This document shows positions 9,389-19,542 of a stretch of DNA of 64,000 bases, piece by piece. Within the stretch, counting starts at the first letter, position 1. Every line of letters starts with the position of its first letter. Source of the DNA: an uncultured Isosphaeraceae bacterium. Its GTDB lineage: Bacteria; Planctomycetota; Phycisphaerae; Phycisphaerales; SM1A02. The DNA lies in NCBI GenBank assembly GCA_964523675.1, contig CAZFZT010000001.1:4450-68449 (forward strand), in the 5' to 3' direction. The notes beneath the pieces are model-generated. The model made no database searches. It was not told where the DNA came from and saw only the letters and a list, made by a program, of their open reading frames with translations. Made by a program: the position numbers and the translations under genes.

Positions 9389-10690
9389 CTACTTGCCGCT
9401 GTTCAACTCGTCGCGGCCATTGACCGCTGCGGGTTCCAGAAGTTCGATGCCGATCCTGCGGATATGCGTTGGCGTGGCATCGAGGATGATGAATCGAGCG
9501 CCGTGCGTTTCCAGAGTCTCGTTGGCTTCCGGGACGCGCCCGAACTTTGCAAGTAGAAAACCTGCGATGGTGTCGTACTCCTCTTCTTCAGGCAGTTCGA
9601 GGTTGAGTTCTTCATTGATTTCATCGATTCGGAACCGGCCATCGACTTCAGCACGTCCGTCGGTCAGCTTCGCAAGCGTCGGCTCGTCATCATCACCAGG
9701 TTCATGCTCATCATGAATCTCACCGACGATCTCCTCAAGCACATCCTCGATGGTGACTAGGCCGGCGGTGCCGCCGTATTCGTCGATCACGATCGCCATG
9801 TGGACTTCACTCTTCTGAAAGTCAGTCAGCAGTTCGCGCACCGGTTTCGTTTCGGGAACGACGATGGGCTTGCGCAGCAGCGGCTCGAGGCGAAAGTCGG
9901 GGGGCACGGCTTCGCCGAGGTACGGGATCAGATCCTTGACGATGAGAATGCCGATGATGTTGTCGAGGTTCTCCGAATAAACAGGAATTCGCGAGTGACC
10001 TGCTTCGATGATGAGTTTGCGAATGTCGCTGAGGTTGTCGGTCAGTTCAATGCCATCGATGTCGGTGCGCGGCGTCATGACTTCGCCGACATCGGTGGAG
10101 CCGAACTCGACGACGTTCTCAAGCAGCGCGGCCGCATCTTCGTCGAGTCCGCCCTTGAGGTGAGTTTCTTCGATACTGCGCAGGAGATCCGCCTCGATCT
10201 CTTCCTCTCGCGGGATGTTCGCGCCGGCGAGGCGTTTGACTGATTCATCGACGATGCTTCCGATCCAGCGAAGCGGGATGCCGAGAATGGTCAGTACGCG
10301 CAAGAAGCCGACGGAATAGTGGATGATTCCAACGCCGGCATAACGGGCAATCGCTGCGGACAGGACGCTTGTGACGAGCCAGAGCAGAAGCACAGACAGA
10401 ACGCCTGCCCAGACCAGGGTGCCCAGCGTGATCGGTTGACCCAGGCCGGCTATGTCAACAAGCACCAGCGCGAAAAAAGCGATGCGAAACGCGGTGCGCA
10501 CCAGCGCAGTCACCCCGATCGCGGCATCGAGGCGGTTCGCAACCCACTGTCCTGCCTCGGGTCGGCCTCGCTCTTCCATGCGGCGCACGAGTGCGAGTCG
10601 GCTGGCGCTCGACAAGGCCATATTCAATGCCGCGAGATACGCAGCCACGACGAGCACAAGAAATGCAAGCCAGGTCAGTGCAGCGGTCAA
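9389..10690 (-). CDS. CNNM/DUF21 - CBS pair - CorC_HlyC family protein (hemolysin/Mg-Co efflux-like)
   Basis: N-terminal 4-TM DUF21 region, tandem CBS region (VMTPRTDI... IPVY...), C-terminal CorC_HlyC-like tail (...[12 protein letters not shown]...). Confidence 0.85.
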   Translation of the reverse strand: MTAALTWLAFLVLVVAAYLAALNMALSSASRLALVRRMEERGRPEAGQWVANRLDAAIGVTALVRTAFRIAFFALVLVDIAGLGQPITLGTLVWAGVLSVLLLWLVTSVLSAAIARYAGVGIIHYSVGFLRVLTILGIPLRWIGSIVDESVKRLAGANIPREEEIEADLLRSIEETHLKGGLDEDAAALLENVVEFGSTDVGEVMTPRTDIDGIELTDNLSDIRKLIIEAGHSRIPVYSENLDNIIGILIVKDLIPYLGEAVPPDFRLEPLLRKPIVVPETKPVRELLTDFQKSEVHMAIVIDEYGGTAGLVTIEDVLEEIVGEIHDEHEPGDDDEPTLAKLTDGRAEVDGRFRIDEINEELNLELPEEEEYDTIAGFLLAKFGRVPEANETLETHGARFIILDATPTHIRRIGIELLEPAAVNGRDELNSGK

Positions 10691-11361
10691 TCGTGGAACC
10701 CTCGGCGGCTCGCTTCGACCCCCTCTCGAGCGCGGCCGCTGATCTGTTTGTCATGCTCAGCAGGATCGACATAGACAGCATCTTGCGCTGTGGCGCCGCT
10801 TCCCGCCGCTTCCGCCCAGAAGGTGCGGCCAACTCCGATGGCCTCGAGAATGCGATCTTCTTCGTTGTGCATGGCGGCGAACCCGGCTTCGTCGTGGTCG
10901 TCATAGCCCGCACAATGCAACATGCCGTGCAGGGCGTAGAGCAGCAGCTCACGTTCAACGGCATGGTCGAACTGATCCGCGCGCCAGCGCGCTTCGTCCA
11001 CGCACAGCACAATGTCTGCTTCAATGGGTTCGCCCGCATCCGAAGTGGGAAAGGTCAGCACGTCGGTGGAATCAGTGTTATCAAGATGCCGACCATGCAG
11101 AGCCCGCATTCGCTCATCGTGAACCAACTCGAGATTGATGGCCCTGACCGGCGTCCTCATCAATGCAATCACCTTGGTGAGATGCTCGGTGAACCAAGCC
11201 ACATCGATGTCGCGGGCGGCTTCGCCTGCAATATGGAGGACTGGCTGGGAATGTCGAGGAGCGGCCGCACGAAGATCCCCCGACGTACTAGGGCCAGGGT
11301 CGTCCGGCTCGTCGGTTAGACGAGTGGTCGCACGGGGCGACGTGGATTCTTTGGGATTCAT
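10687..11361 (-). CDS. ybeY: rRNA maturation endoribonuclease YbeY
   Basis: Zinc motif HGMLHCAGYDDH preceded by TDVLTFP. Trimmed to ATG 11361 so it does not overlap thyA. 4-nt overlap with the downstream CorC-like gene. Confidence 0.85.
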   Translation of the reverse strand: MNPKESTSPRATTRLTDEPDDPGPSTSGDLRAAAPRHSQPVLHIAGEAARDIDVAWFTEHLTKVIALMRTPVRAINLELVHDERMRALHGRHLDNTDSTDVLTFPTSDAGEPIEADIVLCVDEARWRADQFDHAVERELLLYALHGMLHCAGYDDHDEAGFAAMHNEEDRILEAIGVGRTFWAEAAGSGATAQDAVYVDPAEHDKQISGRAREGVEASRRGFHD

Positions 11362-11449
11362 AGCAGTGGAAATAATAGCGACGTAGGAGGGCCGGGGCGA
11401 GAGGATGCTGTGGCCCTGGCATGGCCAAGCCGCTGGACACCATGCGCCG

Positions 11450-12259
11450 CTAAACCGCGACGGGGGCGGAGATATGGGGGTGTGGTTCGTAATGCAGCAG
11501 CGTGAAGTCCTCAAACGCGAAGTCGAAGATGGAGCGGACCTTTGGATTGATCCGCATGGTCGGCAGAGGTCGGGGCGACCGCGACAGTTGTTCGCGTGCC
11601 TGCTCAACATGGTTCAGATACAAATGTGCATCGCCAAACGTGTGGATGAACTCACCCGGCGCAAGGTCGGTCACCTGCGCGACCATCAAGGTCAGCAGCG
11701 CGTACGACGCAATATTGAACGGTACGCCGAGGAAGATGTCGGCCGATCGCTGGTACAACTGGCAAGAGAGTCTTGCCGGGCCTTCGTCCGGATGATCAAC
11801 ATAGAACTGGAACAGGCAGTGACAAGGCGGAAGCGCCATCTCATCAATCTCCGCCACATTCCATGCACTCACGATCAGCCGCCGCGAGTCCGGCGTTTCT
11901 CGAATCTGCCTGACCACGTTGCTGATCTGATCAACCGTGCGGCCGTCGGGAGCGCTCCACGAGCGCCACTGCTTCCCATAGACGGGTCCAAGTTCGCCAT
12001 TCTCGTCCGCCCACTCATCCCAGATCGAGACGCCGTGTTCGTTGAGATAGGCGACATTCGTGTCGCCGCGCAGAAACCAGAGCAACTCGTGAATGATCGA
12101 GCGCAGGTGAAGCTTCTTTGTGGTGACGAGCGGGAACCCCTCAGCAAGTTGGAAGCGCATTTGATGGCCGAAGATGCTGCGCGTGCCGGTGCCGGTGCGA
12201 TCTTGCTTCTCCGCGCCGGTTTCGAGGGCGCGGGCCATGAGGTCAAGGTACTGCTTCAT
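11450..12259 (-). CDS. thyA: Thymidylate synthase (ThyA type)
   Basis: MKQYLDLM..., [63 protein letters not shown]. Confidence 0.95.
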   Translation of the reverse strand: MKQYLDLMARALETGAEKQDRTGTGTRSIFGHQMRFQLAEGFPLVTTKKLHLRSIIHELLWFLRGDTNVAYLNEHGVSIWDEWADENGELGPVYGKQWRSWSAPDGRTVDQISNVVRQIRETPDSRRLIVSAWNVAEIDEMALPPCHCLFQFYVDHPDEGPARLSCQLYQRSADIFLGVPFNIASYALLTLMVAQVTDLAPGEFIHTFGDAHLYLNHVEQAREQLSRSPRPLPTMRINPKVRSIFDFAFEDFTLLHYEPHPHISAPVAV

Positions 12260-12275
12260 CTCTGCCGCAAGTGTA

Positions 12276-12779
12276 TCACGCCGTGAAGGCACCGATGAAC
12301 ATCGAGCCGAGGCATCCGACGCTGATGAGCGTGCCTATTGCGCCGCCGATAATGGCGATCCATGCGTGGGCCAGGCCATGCACGTTCGGGTCTGCCTTGC
12401 GTTTGCGCAAACCGAAAGCGCCGAGCCACATGGCTACGGGCCCTGCGATCAGACCAATCAGTGGGATGAGCGAGCCAATGGCAACGTAATAGCCAGCCAG
12501 TGCCGGTCCATTCCGGTAGGGAATCAGCGTGGCAATGCTCTCCTCGCCGGCAGACCGCGAAATGGTTCGCACACCGGGCGTTGTCGGCGGAGCTTTAAGA
12601 ATGACGGCCAGTTCCGGACGGTCAAGGACAGGGATTTCTTCACCGCCGCCCTCGGGCACCAGCAGCGCATCTACCGGCACCCGGCCTTCTCGCGCCCATT
12701 GCTGAAGATGCTCCAAATCGGCCGGACCGAACTCCTGCTGATTCCCCAGCCGAACCAGATATCTTGGGGTTTCGTTCAC
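12276..12779 (-). CDS. GYF_2-like N-terminal domain fused to a DUF4190-like two-helix membrane domain
   Basis: N-terminal ...[23 protein letters not shown]... and C-terminal Gly/Ile-rich helices ([19 protein letters not shown]...). Confidence 0.55.
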   Translation of the reverse strand: MNETPRYLVRLGNQQEFGPADLEHLQQWAREGRVPVDALLVPEGGGEEIPVLDRPELAVILKAPPTTPGVRTISRSAGEESIATLIPYRNGPALAGYYVAIGSLIPLIGLIAGPVAMWLGAFGLRKRKADPNVHGLAHAWIAIIGGAIGTLISVGCLGSMFIGAFTA

Positions 12780-12969
12780 CGAGATCCTCCAGTTTGGTAT
12801 CCACCCAACATCCTCATAGCGGGTTCAGTGCCCACTGAGGATAACAGATTGGCCCAGCTGCTGTATCATGTCGCGTTCAATTGTCGTACCGGCCGGGACC
12901 TTGGCGCCGTATCGCCAAGTCATCTCGTCGCCCCTGTACCTTGCCCTTTACCCCGGAGCCGCGATCGCA

Positions 12970-13344
12970 ATGCCCATGGAACGTCGCTATACCGACAGCC
13001 ACGAATGGTTCCAAGCCGACGGAGACACCGTTACGGTCGGCATCACCCAGTTTGCCGCCAACGAACTCACTGATGTGACTTATGTCGAGATGAAACGGCC
13101 GGGCACATCGGTTGAAGCGGGCGGCTCGCTGGGCGAGGTTGAGTCGGTGAAAACGACGAGCGACGTGTATTCGGCGGTCTGTGGCGAAATCGTCGAAGTG
13201 AATCAGCAGGCCCATGATGACCCATCTCTGCTGAATGCCGATCCATTAGGACAGGGGTGGCTTGTCAAGATCAGGAGCAATGATCTGTCTCCTTTGGAGA
13301 ACCTGATGGACCAGGCGACGTATGACGCCAAGTATCCGGTATAG
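12970..13344 (+). CDS. gcvH: Glycine cleavage system H protein
   Basis: YTDSHEWF..., lipoyl-lysine motif GEVESVKTTSDVYS, LLNADPLGQGWLVKI. Start is ATG 12970 or 12976. Confidence 0.9.
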   Translation: MPMERRYTDSHEWFQADGDTVTVGITQFAANELTDVTYVEMKRPGTSVEAGGSLGEVESVKTTSDVYSAVCGEIVEVNQQAHDDPSLLNADPLGQGWLVKIRSNDLSPLENLMDQATYDAKYPV

Positions 13345-13399
13345 ATTCTCGCGCCAGTTGCCAGCGCCCGCGGCATTGGCGTAAGGAGAGCCGGTACCC

Positions 13400-14242
13400 A
13401 TGAGCGAATTGTCAGGTTCAAACGGAAACAATCCGGGATGCCTGAACGGGCAGCCAGCGCACGTGGAGCCAGTTCATGAGCGGCTGCGCAGCTTCGGTAT
13501 GTCAGGTGACTGTTCAATCGTAGCCCAGGGCGTGCATAAGACCTACCGCTCGGGAGGTCGCGATGTGCATGCACTGCGCGGGATCGATCTTGAGATCGGC
13601 GAGTCCGGCTTCTATGGAATCATGGGACCGTCGGGAAGCGGCAAGACCACGCTTCTGCATCTTCTCGCTGCGCTTGATCGGCCGGACCGAGGGCAGATCT
13701 GCGTGTCCGGTGAGCGCATTGACACGATGAGTGAGTCAAGGCTGACGCTCTTTCGCCGGCGCAAGATCGGCATCGTCTTTCAACATTTCAATCTGGTGTC
13801 AACACTGACCGCGCTCGATAACGTCACATTGCCTGCGATGTTGGATGGCGTTCCTGTGAAGGAGCGGCGCAAGCGAGGCGAGCAACTGCTTGATCGGCTG
13901 GGGCTCGCAGCTCGAGCGCATCATCGGCCGGATGCGCTTTCCGGTGGCGAGCAGCAGCGGGTGGCAATCGCGCGATCGCTCATTTTCTCACCTTCGGTCG
14001 TGTTCGCCGACGAGCCGACTGGCAATCTTGATTCAGGAACAGGCGCGTACGTGTGGGGCCTTCTGAGGGAACTTGCGGAGGAGCATCAACTGACCGTGCT
14101 GATGGTGACGCATGAGCCGTCAGCCGCTTCGCATTGCAAACGCATCTTCGTCCTTCGCGACGGTCTCATTGAAAGGGCCTACGACGTTGACCGGGACGCT
14201 TCTGGCCAGTTTGGCCATCGCACGCAACAACCTCTCCGGTAG
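13400..14242 (+). CDS. ABC transporter ATP-binding protein (MacB/LolD/FtsE-like)
   Basis: Walker A GPSGSGKTT, Q-loop, signature LSGGEQQRVAIARS, Walker B VFADEPTGNLD, H-loop VTHE. The start may be the internal ATG at 13499. Confidence 0.9.
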   Translation: MSELSGSNGNNPGCLNGQPAHVEPVHERLRSFGMSGDCSIVAQGVHKTYRSGGRDVHALRGIDLEIGESGFYGIMGPSGSGKTTLLHLLAALDRPDRGQICVSGERIDTMSESRLTLFRRRKIGIVFQHFNLVSTLTALDNVTLPAMLDGVPVKERRKRGEQLLDRLGLAARAHHRPDALSGGEQQRVAIARSLIFSPSVVFADEPTGNLDSGTGAYVWGLLRELAEEHQLTVLMVTHEPSAASHCKRIFVLRDGLIERAYDVDRDASGQFGHRTQQPLR

Positions 14243-16802
14243 GCCCTGGCGGACCGCGCTCATTGTTGGGGCCGTGGCGATCGCGGGATCGCTGGCCGTG
14301 GCTGTTTCGTGCGCGATCAGTTCCGTGCAGGGATCGATGGAACTGGCGCTTGAGCGCATTCTCGGCAAGGCGGATGCCCGCATCATTCACCCAGGTCTCG
14401 GCCGCTTCGATGATGAGATACTCGAACAAGTGCGCAGCTGGCCGGAGGTCGAACATGCCAGCGGTCGTGTCGTGGCCACGCTGACATTCGTGCACAGCGA
14501 CCGCCGGGTTGACGAGAAAACAGGGCGGGTGCTGCGTGCTTCGCCCAGCGCGATCGGAATCGACTTTGTCGAGGATGCGCGGTTTCTTGAGCTCGACCTG
14601 ATCGCCGGTCACATGCCCGCACATGATAATGAGATTCTGCTCGACAGCATCACAACTGAGGAGTTGAAAGCGTCCGTCGGCGATGAGCTTCGCCTCGATC
14701 ACTTTGGAGCGCCGATCCATTTCACTGTCGCAGGTGTCTTTGAACGGCAGCGCCTGCTCGGCGCGGTGCAAAGACCCCAGGTGCGCCTTGATCGCCGGAC
14801 GCTCGAACGCGCGGTCGGCGGCATTCGCGGCGAACTCTCCAGCATCATGATCCTGACGCGCTCGGGCGTCGATGTTCAGCAGTTCTGTGAAGCACGTGGG
14901 GCGGAGCTGCCTGAAGCAATCAACCTGGAGCCGGCCGAGCGCGTGCGTTCCGGCTTTGATCGACGCATCGCAGCAAGCCGCATTGCAGTGGTCATCACGT
15001 CGATCCTTACGTTCATGAGCGCCTCGTTCATCATCGTGACCGCGCTGACGACGTCAGTGACGGAGCGGCAGCGTGAGATGGCGGTGATTCGCAGCATCGG
15101 CGCGAGCCGCAGACAGATTTTCCTCTCGCAGATTTCTGTCGGGGTGATTCTGGGGCTGATTGGCGCAGCGATCGCGATACCGATGGGGATTGGCCTTGCG
15201 GCTGTGCTCATTTCGTGGTTCAGCGAGGAGTTGCCGGCAGGTCTTGCCATCAGCAGAAGCGGCATCGTGCTGGCGGTCGGCGGCTCGATTGCAGCCGGTC
15301 TTGTTGGCGCGTTGTATCCAGCGTACATTGCCAGCCGGGTTACTCCAATGCAGGCGATGGCATGGCGGGCGCGGCCGCCACGCGTCATTGGCATAGTCGC
15401 ATGTACGTTCTTGGGGTTTGTTTTTATTGCTGCGCAATTGGCGCTGCTTTCGCCGCGCCTGCCCGGAGGTGTGGATGGGCAGTTCTATCGCTATGTCTAT
15501 GTCGGTCTGCCCGGCGTTCACATCGGATACTTCGTTCTGGCGGTGCCGGTGGTCATCCTGTTGTCGCTCGTGATCGCGCCGCTGATCTCGCGTTTGCTGC
15601 GCCTTCCGAAGGGTGTTCTGGCACAATCAATCCTGGCAACGCCTTATCGCCATGGCTTCACGGCCGGGGCATTGATGGTGGGAGTGTCAATTCTCGTCTC
15701 AACATGGGGCGGTATGGCGTCTTTGATGAATGATTGGGTCTCCACGATCCGTTTTCCTGACGGTTTCGCTTATCACCCGACCGGCCTCTCACCGCGCCAG
15801 CAGCGGACGATTCAGCGGATGGAGTTTGTCGAGGACGCGTGTCCGATTGGAATGTTGCAGTTGCGAGTCGCGGGGCAGCAGGTATTCGGGTTGCAGGGAC
15901 TTTCGCCAGCGTTCGTGATGGGGGCCGGCGCGGACCCAAAGCGTTTCCTTGATATGAACGCTGTCAAGTGGGTGCAGGGCACGCGCGAGGAAGCAGTGCC
16001 GCGACTGATGGACGGCGATGCGATTCTTGTGTCGGAGCGGTTTCTCGTCGCGCGGAATCTGGGCATTGGCGACCGGCTCACGCTTGCTTCAGGCCGAACG
16101 GAGAAGTCGTTTGAGATTGTCGGGGTCGTGAGTGTTCCGGGATTGGAGATTGCGATTCAATCATTTGGCGTGCGCAGCGCATATATGGAGTTGGCCATTA
16201 GCATGGTGCTCATGAGTGATCGAGCGCTTGCGGAGCATTTTCAACATCGAGATGCGCACGTGATGCAGGTCAATCTGGATGACAGTGTGAGTGATGAAGA
16301 AGTCGAGGCCGCCATTGCACGAGCTGCGCCTGGGGTGCGATTTCGCAGTGGGCGATGGATCTTGGACAAGATTTACGAGTTCCTCGGCACACTCTTAGCG
16401 ATCCAGACCGTCATCGCCTTTTCCGCTTTGTTCCTCGCGTGCATCGGAGCGGGGAATGTGATTGTGGCGAACATTCATGCGCGGCGGTATGAGTATGGTG
16501 TCCTTCGCGCGACAGGAGCGCATCGCGGCGTGCTACTGCGGCTGATCATGGCTGAAGCAGGCGTCCTTGCAATAGCCGGCGCGGTGGTGGGGACTGTGCT
16601 CGGCCTGCACCTGACGTGGGTGGGGACTGTTTTTTATCGTGAGCTGGCGGGCATCGAACTGCGCACCACATTTGCGACCTTGCCGGTCGCAATTGGGTGG
16701 GGCGTGCTGGTGCTCATGACGATTGCCGCGGCCGCCCCCGCTGCGATTTCATTGATGCGTCAGCAGCCGGCTGCGCTGCTTTCCACGGGACGAAACGGGT
16801 AG
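14187..16802 (+). CDS. ABC transporter permease with two FtsX-type domains (YbbP/MacB-like)
   Basis: Two 4-TM FtsX modules separated by periplasmic domains. The start is uncertain: TTG 14187, TTG 14211 or the ORF-track 14112. It overlaps the end of the ATPase gene. Confidence 0.8.
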   Translation: MTGTLLASLAIARNNLSGRPWRTALIVGAVAIAGSLAVAVSCAISSVQGSMELALERILGKADARIIHPGLGRFDDEILEQVRSWPEVEHASGRVVATLTFVHSDRRVDEKTGRVLRASPSAIGIDFVEDARFLELDLIAGHMPAHDNEILLDSITTEELKASVGDELRLDHFGAPIHFTVAGVFERQRLLGAVQRPQVRLDRRTLERAVGGIRGELSSIMILTRSGVDVQQFCEARGAELPEAINLEPAERVRSGFDRRIAASRIAVVITSILTFMSASFIIVTALTTSVTERQREMAVIRSIGASRRQIFLSQISVGVILGLIGAAIAIPMGIGLAAVLISWFSEELPAGLAISRSGIVLAVGGSIAAGLVGALYPAYIASRVTPMQAMAWRARPPRVIGIVACTFLGFVFIAAQLALLSPRLPGGVDGQFYRYVYVGLPGVHIGYFVLAVPVVILLSLVIAPLISRLLRLPKGVLAQSILATPYRHGFTAGALMVGVSILVSTWGGMASLMNDWVSTIRFPDGFAYHPTGLSPRQQRTIQRMEFVEDACPIGMLQLRVAGQQVFGLQGLSPAFVMGAGADPKRFLDMNAVKWVQGTREEAVPRLMDGDAILVSERFLVARNLGIGDRLTLASGRTEKSFEIVGVVSVPGLEIAIQSFGVRSAYMELAISMVLMSDRALAEHFQHRDAHVMQVNLDDSVSDEEVEAAIARAAPGVRFRSGRWILDKIYEFLGTLLAIQTVIAFSALFLACIGAGNVIVANIHARRYEYGVLRATGAHRGVLLRLIMAEAGVLAIAGAVVGTVLGLHLTWVGTVFYRELAGIELRTTFATLPVAIGWGVLVLMTIAAAAPAAISLMRQQPAALLSTGRNG

Positions 16803-16846
16803 CGGCAGACATACGGCAGTTTCGTTTCCGTTCCGGCGCGGATACG

Positions 16847-17674
16847 ATGGCGCCGATGCAATTTGCAGCCGTCCAGTTCGATATCGTCTGGGAAGACAAA
16901 GCCGCCAATCACGAGATCATCGAGCGCATCATTGACGAGGCACAACCCGCCATTGAGCCCGGCACATTCGTGTTGCTGCCGGAGCTCGGCGATACGGGTT
17001 TCAGTTTCAATCTTGATCGCATCGTTGATGGCCGAACGCTCGAGTGGGCATGCGGCTTCGCGCGGTCGCGCGGCATCTGGCTTCAGCCGGGTTTCGCAGA
17101 GCGCGCTGAAGATGGCCGCGGGCGAAACTGCGCTGCCATCATCGATCCCGAGGGAAACGTGCGAGGCATCTATCGCAAGGTGCATCCCTTCAGCTACGGC
17201 AAGGAGATCGAGCACTTCGATGGCGGCGATGTGCTCTTCTCGCAGCAATGCAATGATTTTCGCGTCTGCCCACTCATCTGCTATGACCTGCGGTTTCCAG
17301 AACTTTGGCGGCTGGGCGCGCTGGGCGGCGCAGAGGTGTTCACCATCGGCGCGAGTTGGCCCGCTGCGAGGCAAAGTCATTGGCGGGCGCTGCTCATTGC
17401 ACGCGCGATCGAGAACCAGGCGTTCGTCGTCGCCGCCAACCGGACCGGCCGCGACCCGCACATTCAGTACGCCGGTGGCTCCATCATCGTTTCGCCGACG
17501 GGCGATGTGCTGACGGAAGCCGGTGAGGCGGAAACCATTCTGCGGGCTCGCTTTGAGCCGGACACGCTGCGAATGTGGCGCGAAAAATTCCCGGCGCTCA
17601 AAGACATCCACAGAGGCCTTCTCGGCAACATTCCCCATGCGACCTCGACCGAACAGGTGAACGCAACTCAGTGA
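16847..17674 (+). CDS. Carbon-nitrogen hydrolase (nitrilase superfamily, omega-amidase-like)
   Basis: Catalytic E (LPELGDTG), K (YRKVHPF) and C (ICYDLRFPE) triad pattern. Trimmed to ATG 16847. Confidence 0.85.
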   Translation: MAPMQFAAVQFDIVWEDKAANHEIIERIIDEAQPAIEPGTFVLLPELGDTGFSFNLDRIVDGRTLEWACGFARSRGIWLQPGFAERAEDGRGRNCAAIIDPEGNVRGIYRKVHPFSYGKEIEHFDGGDVLFSQQCNDFRVCPLICYDLRFPELWRLGALGGAEVFTIGASWPAARQSHWRALLIARAIENQAFVVAANRTGRDPHIQYAGGSIIVSPTGDVLTEAGEAETILRARFEPDTLRMWREKFPALKDIHRGLLGNIPHATSTEQVNATQ

Positions 17675-17783
17675 GGTCAGAGTGGCGCCTTTGAGGAGTT
17701 GCCACATCATCTGGTGCCGGGCCTCAAAGCAGTCGCTGTGCCGATGCAATTGCAAGCGGGTCGATGCTTACGATTCGCTGAGC

Positions 17784-18071
17784 ATGAATTGGTATGCCAA
17801 CATGGGATTGCGGCAAGCCCGGCGGATCGTTGTCAGCGTGATTGGATTTACGGTGCTGGTGGTCGGTGTCGCGCTTCTGGTGCTGCCCGGCCCGGCTATG
17901 CTGGTGATCCCGATTGGGCTTGCAATCCTCGCTACCGAGTTCATCTGGGCGAGGCGGCTGCTTCGCCGCGTCCGACGGGCTGCGGGCAATGTGCATCAGG
18001 CGGCGAAGCGGAGATTCTCCGGCTGGCGAACGCGCAAGGAGCCGCAGATTGACTGTGCCAGGTCAAAGTGA
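17784..18071 (+). CDS. Small PGPGW-motif transmembrane protein
   Basis: LVLPGPAMLVIPIGLAILATEFIWARR matches the PGPGW family pattern. Two TM helices. Confidence 0.5.
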   Translation: MNWYANMGLRQARRIVVSVIGFTVLVVGVALLVLPGPAMLVIPIGLAILATEFIWARRLLRRVRRAAGNVHQAAKRRFSGWRTRKEPQIDCARSK

Positions 18072-18182
18072 GCTCCAAATCGGCATCCGAGGCGTGCGTC
18101 ACTTTGACCGCGGCCGGCTTTCCGCTATCCTTCTCTTCCCGTTGCGAATGCAGTGTTTGCCGCCCGCAGCGAGAGACAACTT

Positions 18183-18255
<73 letters not shown>

Positions 18256-18324
18256 CTTCAGCGGGATCAGTTCCTGATCCCATGTGGTCCGCATTTTGAA
18301 CCCGCACTATCACCGGAGTTCCCA

Positions 18325-18747
18325 TTGGCTAAGACGTTTCGCTGCTCCATCGTTACACCGACTCAAGCTGTGCTGGACGACGACGTGACTTACGTCTCGT
18401 TTCAGGCATGGGACGGTCAGAAGGGTGTGATGCCGGGTGAATCACCGCTGTTGACGCGGCTGGGTATCGGCTCGGTGCGGCTGGATTTTCCTGAAGGTGG
18501 AAGCCGGTGGTTCCTGGTGGATGGCGGCTTTGCTCAGGTGCAGGACAATGTGCTGACACTGCTCACGGAAGGGGCCACGGCCGCCGAATCGATCTCTCTT
18601 CAGGAGGTCAACGCCGAGCTTGCGGAGCTCAATGCGCGTATTCCGGAGAAGGTTGCCGATCGCACCCGGCTTGAGCGCGAGCAGCAGCGAGCCATGGCGA
18701 AGAAGTCGCTGGCCGAGCTCATGGCATCGCGCGGCCACGCTTTGTGA
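18325..18747 (+). CDS. atpC: F-type ATP synthase epsilon-subunit-like protein, not next to other atp genes
   Basis: FRCSIVTPTQAVLDDDVTYVSFQAWDGQKGVMPGESPLLTRL..VDGGFAQVQDNVLTLL plus a C-terminal helical hairpin follows the epsilon pattern. Probable TTG start at 18325. Confidence 0.65.
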   Translation: MAKTFRCSIVTPTQAVLDDDVTYVSFQAWDGQKGVMPGESPLLTRLGIGSVRLDFPEGGSRWFLVDGGFAQVQDNVLTLLTEGATAAESISLQEVNAELAELNARIPEKVADRTRLEREQQRAMAKKSLAELMASRGHAL

Positions 18748-18792
18748 GTGTTCATCATCTCCGCCGGCTCGCATCTGCCTTATGATGCTCGC

Positions 18793-19536
18793 ATGACCCA
18801 CGTTGAGAGCACGGAGGAGCAGATGGCGGCTGAATCAGATGAGGGATCCGCCGAGGAAGAGGCAAGCGTCGACATCGAAACCTTCGCCCAACAGGAGGAG
18901 CCGTGCGCTGATGTGCCGTTGGAAGCGCGACTCGAAGCTGTTCTGCTCTCGACAGATCGGCCGCTGAACGAATCGCGTCTTTCGGAGGTGCTTGGCGTAT
19001 CAGGGAAGGGCGCAGCAAAGCGATTGCGCGATGCGTTCGCGACACTGAACGCGGCCTACGAGAAAACCGGCCGCTCATTCCGCGCGGAACGGCTGGCCGG
19101 GGGGTGGCAACTTCTGACGGTTCCTGCGTTCGGGCCGCTGCTTCATCGACTGCACACTGAGCGGCAACAGTCACGCTTGAGTCAAGCGGCGCTGGAGACG
19201 CTGGCGATCATTGCATATCGCCAGCCGATTATGCGCGCCGAGGTTGAAGCGATCCGTGGCGTCGCATCCGGCGAGGTGTTGCGCGGCCTGCTCGAACGGC
19301 GTCTGATCAAAATTGCGGGCCGGGCCGAGGAATTGGGCCGTCCGATGCTGTATGGAACGACAAAGGAGTTTCTGAAGGTATTTGGCCTTGGCTCTCTCGA
19401 TGATCTGCCTGCCGTGCAAGGACTGTCGCCGCGTGCAGAGAAGGCGGCGCCTCCGCCGAAAAACACAGCGACTGGCGAGGATGGAGCCGGCGAGAGCAGC
19501 GAACCGGCGGCGAACGATCAAGAAGACGCTGGTTGA
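18793..19536 (+). CDS. scpB: Segregation and condensation protein B
   Basis: LEAVLLSTDRPL..., SQAALETLAIIAYRQPIMRAEVEAIRGV, RPMLYGTTKEFLKVFGL. Confidence 0.85.
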   Translation: MTHVESTEEQMAAESDEGSAEEEASVDIETFAQQEEPCADVPLEARLEAVLLSTDRPLNESRLSEVLGVSGKGAAKRLRDAFATLNAAYEKTGRSFRAERLAGGWQLLTVPAFGPLLHRLHTERQQSRLSQAALETLAIIAYRQPIMRAEVEAIRGVASGEVLRGLLERRLIKIAGRAEELGRPMLYGTTKEFLKVFGLGSLDDLPAVQGLSPRAEKAAPPPKNTATGEDGAGESSEPAANDQEDAG

Positions 19537-19542
19537 GCAGGT

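Noticed and set aside
8555-9556. 333-aa ORF on the plus strand
   Set aside because: It has an Arg-rich, low-complexity translation and overlaps both the minus-strand 263-aa ORF and the end of the CorC-like gene. The minus-strand reading looks more protein-like. This rests on composition only and remains uncertain.
11405-12286. 293-aa ORF on the plus strand
   Set aside because: It is antisense to thyA, which is unmistakable on the minus strand.
12780-12969. Glycine riboswitch upstream of gcvH
   Set aside because: I could not find the conserved GGAGAG...CACCG...CTCAGGC-type cores. The region appears to be only a promoter and leader.
16760-17755. 331-aa ORF on the minus strand
   Set aside because: It is antisense to the nitrilase-family gene, which carries the E-K-C triad pattern.
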